A stretch of DNA of 64,000 nt from Podarcis muralis (lineage: Eukaryota): positions 122,016,001 through 122,080,000 of the forward strand of contig NC_135656.1 in NCBI RefSeq assembly GCF_964188315.1. The letters are read 5' to 3'. Position 1 is the first letter of the stretch. Every line of letters starts with the position of its first letter. Positions 23,401-35,400 of this stretch are shown here, in pieces. Under the pieces are notes generated by a model. That model was not told the origin of the DNA and searched no databases. It was given only the letters and a program-made list of their open reading frames with translations. Made by a program: the position numbers and the translations under genes.

Positions 23401-25033
23401 ACTTCTTATTGCCGCTTCTGAGAGTCATCTGTCCTTGCAAAAGGCTTAATCCCACTTTAGACTACTCTGATGGTGACTTTCTTTGTGAAACCCTTCTTCA
23501 CCCAGCAGGACAAATCCTTCAACATAAGGAGAACCTCCTGGATCAGGCCAATGGCCCATCTAGTCCAACATCCTCTTCTCACAGAGGCCAACCAGCTGCT
23601 TGTAGGAAACCAGCAAGCACAGCATGAGCACAAATGCACTCTGCCCTCATCTGATTCCCAGCAACCAGCACCCTGAAGCATTGGTGCCTCCAACTAGGAA
23701 GGTAGATCACAGTCATCATGCCTAGCAGCCATTAATAGCCTTTGCCTTCATGAATTGGTTTAATCCTCTCTTAGAAGCTTCACTGCCTCCTCTGGGAGTG
23801 AGTTTCATAATTTGCTTCCTATTCAAAGAAGTGGCTGTTCTCTCCATGTTGCCCATGCTAGTGTATACATACCTGGGGGATTTTGTAGCTTTCCAGCATA
23901 TTTGAAATCTGGAGTGAGGTGTCAGAGTTGACCCCTTCAATGAAAACCAACGGCTTCTTCTCTCTACCGCAGTGGTAGTTTGGGACATTGGCCCTCCCAG
24001 GAGAGAGCAGATCTAGCATGGCATCATAGGTCGTCTTTGTATCGAAATAATTCTCATAGATGTCATAGCCCAGGGTGATGTTGAGTAAGATCCTGGGATC
24101 CTGATTAATCTCATGGATGGCGATCATGAAGGACAGGAGATTCCAGTATGCTACCATACCTGCTACCCTGCAACAAATTATAAAGCCTCCAGTCAGTCTC
24201 CATTCAGTGAAAAGTGTCAAGTCCCTGCTTTCTTAATCCTGTAAGAAATTTCAGCCACTAGAATGAAGCAAAATAGAGCGTCCTCATCACATAATCAGTC
24301 ATCTGTGGGTTTGTTGGAAGGTGAACGGCTGCTTCTCAGTTGAAGGGAGAGAGAAGCAGGGCAGGTGTACTGTACTGGCTGCCAGTTGATTTCTAGACCC
24401 AATTCTACGTGATTACTTGTTAACATAATAAATAGATTGCTACAAGTTAATAGCTATAGTCCTGATCCTTTCAGGGGAGTAGAGATGAAGCCATTTTCAC
24501 ATCTCCAGTGTCAAGAATTTGGGACACAGATAATCTCTGACTTTTCATGATTCACCTTCAAGTTGTTTTTTTCCAGTGGAAAAAAGAAAGGAGGGAAGCA
24601 ATGCACATATATTTTGTGTCTTCAGTGTGCAAGTTCTAGAAAGCAGGACTTCTCCCTGGCAAATAAGTATGACAGGCTTGGACAATCACACTTGAGCATC
24701 ATAGTATTAAACAAGATGCTACGCATATGCCGACTCATTAATCACAATTTTTGTCTGCTATGCAGAAATTGCACGGGGAAAGTACAGCTTACACATGAAA
24801 GAAAATGTAGGGGCTGTGAGAAAATTGTGTTCAGGATGAAATATTTGTAATGTAGATATGACCCCGCTTATCAGGTGGTCTCCTGGCTCGTAATAATTCG
24901 TTGCACCTGGATTATCCCTTTCCAAGTTCAATGGGCATTTTCCTTTCCATATTCCAGAGGTTGCACAGGGAAGCAGCAGCAGCAGCAGCAGCAACATCAA
25001 TAAGAGCATCCCTCTGGGTCTGCCTCCTGCCAT
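17233..25033 (-). CDS. V2R gene C, 6 exons, ~875-877 aa
   Basis: Exons: 25033-24793/24795, 24167/24159-23873, 22800-21967 (834 nt), 21024-20797 (228), 18483-18357 (127), 18143-17233 (911). Same domains and splice peculiarities as gene B. Confidence 0.88.
18521..20059. mobile_element. Solo LTR (~330 bp) interrupted by a 1.19-kb insertion
   Basis: Ends TGTGGGA...TCCCACA; 5-bp TSD (A/G)GTAT; the paralogous site in gene B (~8547) is empty. Confidence 0.75.
18629..19821 (-). mobile_element. Non-autonomous L1-like retroposon
   Basis: 17-bp TSD CGGTTGCTGGTAGTTTT (18612-18628, 19822-19838); 5' G-run then AAGATGGCCG; AATAAA at the 3' end; no long ORF. Confidence 0.65.
20095..20355 (+). mobile_element. 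Sauria SINE, 5'-deleted paralog of 8787-9153
   Basis: CTCCTGCCACCTAGCAGTTTGAAAGC...GTAGATAAATAG core at the paralogous intron 4 position. Confidence 0.75.
21146..21309 (+). mobile_element. Tc2-like MITE, left end only
   Basis: TA|CCGTATTTTTCGCCCCATAGGATGCAC; contains a 50-bp palindrome at 21242-21291; truncated by a deletion in gene C intron 3. Confidence 0.7.
21498..21860 (+). mobile_element. Sauria SINE (young subfamily)
   Basis: GGGACGCGGGTGGCGCTGTGG head, CpG-rich; 11-bp TSD ATTTCTGTTAA (21487-21497, 21861-21871); empty site in gene B at ~11462. Confidence 0.92.
23520..23845 (-). mobile_element. CR1 fragment in intron 2 of gene C
   Basis: Paralog of 793-1125 and 12910-13235; absent from gene D, whose intron 2 is 239 nt. 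Confidence 0.65.
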
Positions 25034-25204
25034 TTCGTCTGTCCTCACTGCTCTCAACGTAGCAAGAAGCGAATTACATGAAGCCCAAAATCTCCAGCAA
25101 AACTGAGACCCCAGTGACATTGCGAGGAAAGGGATGAAATGACACTTTCACACTGGCAGAATCCCTGCCTGCCTGGAATATAAGTCAAAGCCCTCGATGG
25201 CACA

Positions 25205-25405
25205 TGAGGTCTTTAAATATGCAGCAGGCATTTCAAGCTCTCATTTCTGAAATATCTGTTCTTTGTGTCAAAAGTGGGTATATTGCTTGAGTTTTGCCAA
25301 GAAGAAAAGAAATCAATCACTATGTTTATGATAATTATTGCAGGGAATAATTATCTCTGGAATCACTGTGGAGCTTGAGCAGCAGCTGCAGAGCTGGAAG
25401 AAAAC
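25205..25405 (-). promoter_or_regulatory. Putative core promoter of V2R C
   Basis: TATTTAAA at 25219-25212; CAATCACTATG at 25314-25324; E-box CAGCTG at 25383-25388. Confidence 0.5.
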
Positions 25406-26074
25406 ATCACAATTTGTTTTCTGGTGCTCTGGAGGGTAGGACTTGAACCAGTGGCTTCAAGTTAAGGGAAAGGAGACTCCAACTAAAAATCAGGAAAAAC
25501 TTTCTGAAAGTAAGAGCTGTTTGAGAGTGGAATGGTCCCCCTTGGGAGGTTGTGGACTTTCCTTCCTTGGACGTTCTTAAGCAGAGTTTGGATGGCCATC
25601 CGTCTTGGGTGCGTTAGCTGAGATTCCTGCATTGCAGGGGGTTAGACTAGATGACCCTTGGAGTCCCTTCCAACTCGATAATTCTATGTTCGCAAGATCT
25701 CACTGATGTGGCGACATGTTGTGGAAAAGGTCAGAGGGGAAAGTGATCCTTGAATGACTTTTATTTAAGATACACCACCAGATAAGCCAGGATCACGCTA
25801 TTTTTTCAGGACATTTTTTTGGGCCTATGTGCCCATTTGAAAACCCATGAGGCAGTCCCATTGCTCACACTCCACAACCTATTCTACTAGCTACAACATA
25901 GTGCTTCTTTCACAAATAATGTCAAGGATGGGAGAAGGGATCCCTGTTGGCATCAGGGATGTGGTTTGGGGGCACATGGGCCTATGAACTGCTTTGATGG
26001 GATGATAATGGACTCTTATGGTTTTCTGGTAGCTAACATGTGAGTGTTTAACCTTAGATTCAGTGACAAAGGTA

Positions 26075-26410
26075 GGTAAAGGTAAAGGTAAAGGGACCGC
26101 TGACTATTAGGTCCAGTCGTGACCAACTCTGGGGTTGCGGCGCTTTATTGGCCGAGGGAGGTGGCATACAGCTTCCGGGTCATGTGGCCAGCATGGCGAA
26201 CCAGAGCAGTGCACGAAAATGTCGTTTACCTTCCCGCTGGAGCGGTACCTATTTATCTACTTGCACATTGACGTGCTTTCGAACTGCTAGGTTGGCAGGA
26301 GCTGGGACCAAGCAACAGGAGCTCACCCCGTTGCGGGGATTCGAACCGCCGACCTTCTGATCGGCAAGTCCTAGGCTCTGTGGTTTAGACCAGAGCACCA
26401 CCCACATCCC
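26075..26410 (-). mobile_element. Sauria SINE
   Basis: TSD AGTGACAAAGGTA (26062-26074, 26416-26428); paralogous to 15448-15770. Confidence 0.9.
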
Positions 26411-27967
26411 TTACAAGTGACAAAGGTATTGAATTGCAAATCGCCATTTTGAAAGAGTCTTTTTTCCCAGGTTCTGTGAGAGTATGGATGTAAATTAAGT
26501 TCTCCAGGTGAACAACCTCAAGCAAAAATGGAGGCTGTAAGGAAAGGATATATTTTCTTATAGGTCTGTTTGGAATTTTCTTTCATTTCTAGGAAGATTT
26601 TGTTCTGTTTTGAAGAAAGTTCTGCAAGTAGAGCTTTGAACAATGGGTCCAGACAATGCCTTATTTCAAAAGGAGTTGGTTTTTTATGCAACCAGACTTT
26701 ATGCAGCTAGCCCCCACCCACCTGGCTATGCCCATGATAGGGGGATTAGTTCAGCAGAGTGGTAGCTTTGCTGTCTAGCAGAATATCAGAGTTTTCCTGC
26801 TTTCTATTGGTCAGCCTTTTCCAGAGTTTTTTTGCTTAAGAAAACTCATTTGCCACTTGGTTCAGTTCAAAGTGTAGAGTGTTTATTGTCTCGTGGAAAG
26901 CATAAATACACTATATGTAAAAACTTTAAGAGAAGCTGGTACATCATGAACTCATCTACTACAATACAGTTCTTCTGGTCATAGAAGTAAACTTTGTAAA
27001 GATAAAAGTATACAGAGAGTGGCAGGGGCAACCCAGTCAGATGGGTGGGATATAAATAATAAAATTATTATTATTATTATTATCCACTAGCACTTTCCCA
27101 TGCTAGTTCACTGGGTTTTAAGCACTAATGTGAGCAGTGAATTCTGCGCTTCCAGTGACAAGGTTGTTGGACTCCAAAGCTGTGGACCTCATCCACCCAG
27201 AGGAGTGTAGCCCCTTTTAGCTCAGGCCATCTTCCCACTCAAGAACATGGAAGATAGAACATCTCTAAGTTTTCAGAATTCGTCTTCAATTTCCTAATAC
27301 CTTTAGAAGCAGGTTATTTTGCGGATCTACAAAAACAAAAAAGGGTTAGAAGCAATACATTGGGAGTTTAAGGTTTAAAATGCTGAATTGCAAAACCTCC
27401 TGTGGAACTTCCCTATATATCAGGGAAGGGAATTGCTATGTTTTGCTCAGAGGCAGAAACAGGGAGATGAATATTTACAACAAGTGGTCACAAAAACAAA
27501 GTGAATTAAGTTGAAATATATACACCTTTCCACTGGATATTCCAGTGGTGCAACCTTGAGCATACTTACACAGAGCCAAATCCACTTACTTCTGCACAAA
27601 AGGAAGAAAATGTCAGACCCTGTGCGCAGCATATATGTTACATATACAAATTTAGTTGTGGGGAAAAAGATCATGCAACAGTGGTCAGGGTGACATAGAT
27701 ATAAAGATCACCCGGGCATATTAAGATGTTTTTTTAAAAAATCAAGTTCTGAAAAGGGGTTCCTATTTAGTGAGACATTAAATCAAAAGGGCCTCTGATC
27801 GTCCTGGGATGACTGCGCATTCACTTTGGAAATGACATGTTAGGTTTTGGATAGATTAAAAAATAGTTACAAGAGCAGCTCATAATAAACACCTGAAAGG
27901 GAAATAGCTTCTTTCATAAGTATTGTGCTGCACGCAGATTCCCTTGGTGGGAAAAGCGCATTAAGAA

Positions 27968-30900
27968 TCAAATTCCATCTTTTGTTTTTGTTGTCAGGTG
28001 CTCCTTTGTGTTCAGATCAGGCCTCAGTACAATAATGTAGCACTTGGGGAGGAAGATGCAGCCCAGAAGCCCAGCACTGGAGGCCAACATAGAGAAGATC
28101 TGCACGGCTACCATGTATTTCCCCTTGGTGCTCAGGTAGGTGGGCACAAAGGACACCCAAACACTGCAGAAGACCAGCATGCTGAAGGTGATCAGCTTGG
28201 CTTCATTGAAGGCCCCAGGCAGCTTCCTGGCTAGGAAAGCCACCGTGAAGCAGATGGCAGCCAGGAAGCCCATGTAGCCGAGGGCACCATAAAACATGGC
28301 AGAAGACCCTACATTACATTGCAGGATAATCTCTGTAGGCTGCGAGTGCATGTCTGAGTCTGGGAATGGAGGAGATATTCCCAGCCAGGTGATGCAGATG
28401 ACAACTTGGACACTGGAACAGTAAATGACAATAGAGTTGGCCAGACTCTTCCCCAGCCATTTCCTCACCCTGTTCCCTGGCTTTGTGGCCAGGAAAGCCA
28501 GCACAACAGTAATGGTTTTTGCCAAGACAGAAGACACAGCAACTGAGAAGATAATGCTGAAGGCCATTTGTCGGAGGAGGCAGGTTGTGTTCATTGGCTG
28601 ACCAATGAAGAAGAAGGAGGACAAAAAGGAGAGCAGGAGAGAGAAGAGGAGTGTGTAGGACAGGTCCCTGTTGTTGGCTTTGATGATGGGAGTTTCCTTG
28701 TATTTAATGAAGATTCCTAACACGAGGCAAGTCATGAAGGACAATAATAGTGTGAAAGAAGCCAAGATGATCCCTAAAGGTTCTCCATGGGACAGAAAAG
28801 TTATAATCTTGGGGACACATCGAACTCGCTCCTTGTTTGGATGATGATCTTCTGGACATTTGGTACAGTGGTCTGCATCTGGAAAGAAGAAGAGTGACTT
28901 TAGCATCATTCGTATATCCACAAGAGTTCTATTACATTCCACAAAATACATGTTTTGTAGTGAACATTTTCATGCAACCTACAAATGAAAAATGGAAGGG
29001 AATTATGGAAGGCCGGGCCATCAGTGGGAGAGGTCGTGCATGGCACAGGCTGAGCCTGAGGTCTCCCACAAGCCAGAAATAGAATTTCCAGCAGATGAGA
29101 GCTGGGTTGTCACCTTCCTGCATTGTGGGAGAGCCATTATACCATAGAATACAAATGTTAGGACTAGTCAGATGAATATTCTTACCCAGTAAGTGTATGA
29201 CCAATTTTTATCTTGTCTAAATGGCAAAGATCAGCATTGGTGATGATGATGATACAAATAAATAGCTTTGGGGTGGGGGTGGGGTTGCTGAATCATCCAT
29301 CACCCTAATCAGTTCCCACCACTGTCATTTCTTCCAAGTTCCAACAATGCCTATAGAACCATTGTCCCATTTAATGCCTCCCTTTCCCCCTGCAATCACT
29401 TGCCTTCCTTGGTAGAGATTGTTTCTTCCATGCAGGGAAGGCAATCATAGCAGCAAAGGGCCTCTCCTTCCCGGATCACCTTGAAGTCCCCAGGGTGACA
29501 GATCTCGGTACATCTGGAATGAGGCACGGTCTACCCATAAGGACAGAGCAGCAAGAGTTAGGGGGATTTTTTAAATAATATTTTTATTAATTTTAACATA
29601 TAAATTATAAAATGTACCACAAAACTTATCACTTATACAATCTTTTTGGACTTCCATCAGCACCTCTGATGATCCACCGTTTTAACCACTTCTTATGCAT
29701 TTCTTAACTTTATATTGCCTTTACATCTCTTAACAAATCATCCTCCCCCTTATCCATTTTTACAATACTTCTAATAATACTCCTCACAAAACTTCTTGCA
29801 ACCCTACAAACGTTTTCTGTTCTTCACAATTACTTTTCAAATAGTCCATAAATTTTCAAATAGTCCAGTCTTCCGTGAATTTCTGGTCTCGCCGGTTTCG
29901 AATCCTTCCTGTTAGTTTATCTAATTTTGCATAGTCCATTAACTTCATCCTCCATTCTTCATCGATGGTAACTCTTCTTGCTTCCATTTTTGGGCCAATA
30001 ATATTCTTGCTGCTGTTACTGCATACAAAAAGAGCTTACATTCCTTTCTATTTATATCACTCCCCACAATGCCCAATAGAAATGCTTCTGGTTTCTTTAT
30101 AAATGTATATTTCAACATTTTTTTTCAACTCATTATATATCATCTCCCAGAAGCATTTCACCTTTTTACATTCCCACCACATGTGATAAAATGTTCCCTC
30201 TTTTTCTTTACATTTCCAACATTTATTACTGACTTTATACATTTTCGCTAACTTAACAGGTGTAATATACCATCTATACATCATTTTCATCACATTTTCT
30301 TTTAGGGCATTGCATGCAGTAAATGTTAAAGAGTTAGGGGGATTTCTAGCTATGGAAAATCACTGGAGATAACAATGGATTCCCTCACAAGCCAAGTAGC
30401 AGCTCAAGTGGAGTGGTGATTGGAAATAATGTTCATGAGCGGTGTGACATGGAATGAAAAGGTTAAACTCCTTCCCCACAAACCACAGTCCCAATCATGA
30501 TCAAGCCCTCCAGGAGCTGCTATTTAAATGAAAGAAAAAGACTGCAGTAATGTTGAAGGCCAGAAGGCCTTGATTTTGGATGAACATGCATAAAAGTGCA
30601 CTTCACGATAACCTCTGCAAAGAGTTAGTTCAGCTCTTCGGTGTTGCTTCATGCTGGTTTCAGCCTCCTGGCCTCCTGTACTCAACATGAGAAGAGACTG
30701 CTTTTCCAATATCCCTTCCCTTCCCTTCTCCACCCTCTTTCATTGCTCATCGGTCGGTCATTTTATGAGGGTCACTTTGTAACCCCAAGTAAACCTTTTC
30801 TATATTTCAATAAGATTCAGAGACACTGTCTTATGGATAATACAAAAAGAATCATTAGAACCTGAGATAAGTTACAGAATGAAGTGAATGGCTTAACCCA

Positions 30901-32446
30901 CCTCGTTAAACGAAAGAGGCCACACAATGGCATTCTGATCAGTTGTGACTTTTATGTCTTGGGATCCGCACCTCTCCATGTGCCCAACTTTCCTTTCATG
31001 AAGAGAATTATTGGGAAGCATCACAAAGTTCACAATGTCAAAGTCAGCTGCCAGCTCCCCGTTCTCATCCAAATAAACTCCGCCCATAGAAGTATTCCCA
31101 AGCCTGACATTTCTCAGGAAAGGGTGAAGCTAGAATGATAAAGAAAATCCAGAAATTGGCTATTTCTAACCTGCTCTGTTAGCGACGCTGGTGGCACTGT
31201 GGGTTAAACCACAGAGCCTAGGGCTTGCTGATCAGAAGGTCGGCGGTTCGAATCCCCGCAACAGGATGAGCTCCCGTTGCTCAGTCCCTGCTTCTGCCAA
31301 CATAGCAGTTCAAAGAAGAAGAAGAGTTTGGATTTGATATCCCGCTTTATCACTACCCGAAGGAGTCTCAAAGCGGCTAACATTCTCCTTTCCCTTCCTC
31401 CCCCACAACAAACACTCTGTGAGGTGAGAGGGGCTGAGAGACTTCAGAGAAGTGTGACTGGCCCAAGGTCACCCAGCAGCTGCAAGTGGAGGAGCAGAGA
31501 CGCGAACCCGGTTCACCAGATTACGAGTCTACCGCTCTTAACCACTACACCACAAAAGCACGTCAAAGTGCAAGTAGATAAATAGGTACCGCTAGATAAA
31601 TAGGTACCGCTACGGCGGGAAGGTAAACGGCGTTTCCGTGCGCTGCTCTGGTTCACCAGAAGCAGCTTAGTCATGCTGGCCACATGACCCGGAAGCTGTA
31701 CGCTGGCTCCCTCGGCCAATAAAGCAAGATAAGTGCCACAACCCCAGAGTTGTCCACGACTGGACCTAATGGTCAGGGGTCCCTTTACCTTTACCTTTAC
31801 TAACCTACTCTGTTACACATGTCTTCTAGACACATAGCGGCCACACTTTTTTTTTTTAATGGCCGCAATGTGATTGAGGACCATAAAGATCAATATCGTT
31901 GACACTGATTAACTGTATAAAATTGCAAAAATGTATAAGAGTAAAGCAAGTACCTGTTAGTGGGTTGCCTGCAGAAAGGTGAAAGGTTATTGGGAAATGG
32001 TTCATGAGTTTTAAAAAAAAACCGTTTAATGTGATGATTCCCACGAAACCTGAGGCCTTTCTGTTAGGTATCATTGGACCACAGCTTCCGAAGGAACTGT
32101 CTGATTTGTTTATGTATACTACAACAGTGACAATAATAGCCTATGCGCAAAAACTGGAAAAAGAAGTCCCAACAAAAGAAGATTGGTTTATGAAGATGAT
32201 GGAATATGCTGAGGTGGCTAGACTATGAGAATTAAAGAACAGAATGAGGAAAAAAATTATTGAAGAATGGAAATATTATGTGGAATATTTGTAAAAATAT
32301 TGTGGCTATGTTGAAGTGTATGCAGCATTTGCAGTATACCAGCAGACGAGAATGGGTAGTTTATCAACGTATATAATGGGTAAAATATAAGTAATATAGC
32401 AGCTTTCTAAGGTAAGAAAATAACACCATAGAAGGCTGGGTGGGAA

Positions 32447-32490
<44 letters not shown>

Positions 32491-35400
32491 TTATTATTTA
32501 TACCCCACCCATCTGGCTGGGTTTCCCCAGCCACTCTGGGCAGCTTCCAACAAAGATTAAGAATACATTAAAATGTCACACATTAAAAACTTCCCTGAAC
32601 TGTCAGATGTCTTCTAAATGTCAGGTAGTTGTTTATCTCTTTGACATCTTATGGGAGGGCGTTCCACAGGGCGGGTGCCACTACCAAGAAGGCCCTCTGC
32701 CTGGTTCCCTGTAGCTTTGCTTCTTGCAGTGAGGGAACTGCCAGGAGGCCCTCGGCGCTGGACCTCAGTGTCCGGGCTGAATGATGGGGGTGGAGATGCT
32801 CCTTCAAGTATACTGGGCCGAGGCCTTTTAGGGCTTTAAAGGTCAACCAGCACCAACACTTTGAACTGTGCTCGGAAACGTACTGGGAGCCAATGTAGGT
32901 CTTTCAAGACCAGAGTTATGTGATCTCGGCGGCCGCCCCCAGTCACCTGTCTAGCTGCCGCATTCTGGATTAGTTGTACAGTGGTACCTCGGGTTAAGTA
33001 CTTAATTCGTTCCAGAGGTCCGTTCTTAACCTGAAACTGTTCTTAACCTGAAGCACCACTTTAGCTAATGGGGCCTCCTGCTGCTGCTGCTGCTGCGCCA
33101 CCGGAACACGATTTCTGTTCTCATCCTGAAGCAAAGTTCTTAACCTGAAGCACTATTTCTGGGTTAGCGGAGTCTGTAACCTGAAGCGTATGTAACCTGA
33201 AGCGTATGTAACCCGAGGTACCACTGTAAACAGATAAGAGAGATTTCTTTCAATGGTTGTTTAGAAGAATTTGTAAAATTTGAAAAAAGTAATAAAAAAA
33301 ATGTTTTGAAAAACTTTAAAGCATTTCAGATAGGGGTCTCTCACAGGTTCACCAGGAGATCCCAGATACTGAAATTGTGACCTCTACCTCTGAGTAACAG
33401 CCCCTTTCCCTGTTGGCATATTTAATTCAAGTAGCAATTGCAGTGTGGAACTTTCCAAAGGATTCATAGCACTACATATCAGCAGAGGAAGAAAAGAATA
33501 CCTGTGATGGCTGGAGTCGCCCACCATCCCACCTGTTTCCACCCAACATCACCATCTGCGTGGATCTCAATGAGTAGGCCGCATTTAAGGCATGGGCCAG
33601 AGCTCGGACAGTGTTGTAAATGCTGTCGGTGTCTTGAAACAGGCTTCTCTCGAGGACACCTTGAGGGAAGCCGTCCAGGTTCTCTCTCACTTTGCATTGG
33701 TTCTGGCCTTTCACGGATAAAACATGCTTTGAATACAAGCAATGATATCCTTTTCGCCAAACTGGATTGGCCTCTCTATGAGGTGGAACTGGTAGATTAT
33801 CATCATGTTTCATTCTTTTTTTCGTCTGGATAAATAAAGACAAATAGCCATGAATGTGTTGGTTCTGAAGTTTCTTGGGCGATGTTTTGGAGCTGATATA
33901 TGACAAAGCTATCGTGACCCAAACTTTTCCAGTAATGGGTTTCAGTGTTTCACTCACTATTTCCATCGTACGTGCGGCTTCAATGGGGGACTGAGAGTCC
34001 CCATAGTAGAGAAACACATTGATTCGCCTGTCCATGGAAAGTGAAATCTTCTGCTGGAGCTTTATGTATGCATCGGCTATAAAAAAGAAGCCTCGTGAAA
34101 TGGTTTGTGAGAAGGCAACACAGACACCGCCCTTAGCAAGCACAGGTGCCAAGGTGCTCAGAAACCTTTTTCCATTGTCAGTGTCAGCAGCTACCAGCCC
34201 GATCCAAGTCCACCTGAAATGCAGGAGTAGTCTGACAATCCCTGAGCCTGGGGGTTCTTCATTTGGGGTCACACGGTAGACGAAGGAAGGTTGCGTTTTG
34301 TCAAGAGCATGATGAACAGAAGCGTAACTGACCTGGTAGGACAGGGAAGAGATGGAGGATTTCATTTATTTTCAGGACTAAGCTCCGATATTATTTATTA
34401 ACTGAAAATTGCGGGCACAGAGAGCCATATTCTGCAGAGTTTCAAAGCATTGATTTCATTGGTTCTCTCCATCCCCATTCATTGGAATAAGGGGCTCAGC
34501 CCTTCCTTTTTTGAACAACAGCCCTTCCTTTTTTGAACAACTGTCACGTACTTGTGGTTGTGCCTTCATACCTGGGGGATTTTGTAGATTCCCGCAACGC
34601 TTGAAATCTGGATGGAAGTGTCCGAGTCAACCCCTTCAATTAAAACCAGCTGCTTGCTCTGTCTTCCACAATGGTAGTTTGGAACATTTGCCTGCCCAGG
34701 AGAGAGCAAATCCACAATGGTGTCATAGGTCACCCTTGCATCGAAATAGTTCTCATAGATGCTGTAGCCCAGGGTGATGTTGGGTAAGATCCTGGGATCC
34801 TGGTTGATCTCATGAATGGCAATCTGGAAGGACAAGAGGTACCAGTAGGCTATGAGCCTTGATTGCCTGCAACAAAGTGTGTATCATAAGGTCATTCTCT
34901 AGCCAATGAAAACCTGTCAAATCCCTGCCTTCTTAATCCTTAGTCTCTGGACACCACAGTGTTGGTACAGATTTTAGCATGAAGCATCACAGCAGATTCT
35001 CGTCACATTTTGGTTTGTGTGTGTTTGTTATAAGATAAATAGCTGCTTGCCAGTTAAGCAACAACTCCACACCCCCAGGGTTGCCATATTTCAAAAAGTG
35101 AAAATCCAGACACTTCCCACATGGGTTTCCCCAGGCATTCCCAATTTTGGGAAATTCCACCAGGATGCTATTATTGACAGACAACTCCCGGATGCATGGC
35201 AGCTCTAAACACCCTCAAAAGGAGAAGCATTTGAATACTTGAACCCTGAAAAGTTCACAATCATGAATGAAGGACGTCTTTTTCAGATCCAACCTGGCAA
35301 TTAGCAACAGCAGCCAAGAAGATGGCTGGCTTATAGGACAACCACAATTTCCCAGGTTAGAGGAAGGGATGGCACATGGCATGGTAATAACTGCTGGTGT

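Noticed and set aside
34497-34540. 22-bp perfect tandem duplication in gene D intron 2 (similar 25-bp pair at 37028-37077)
   Set aside because: It is real but an ordinary slippage duplication away from splice signals.
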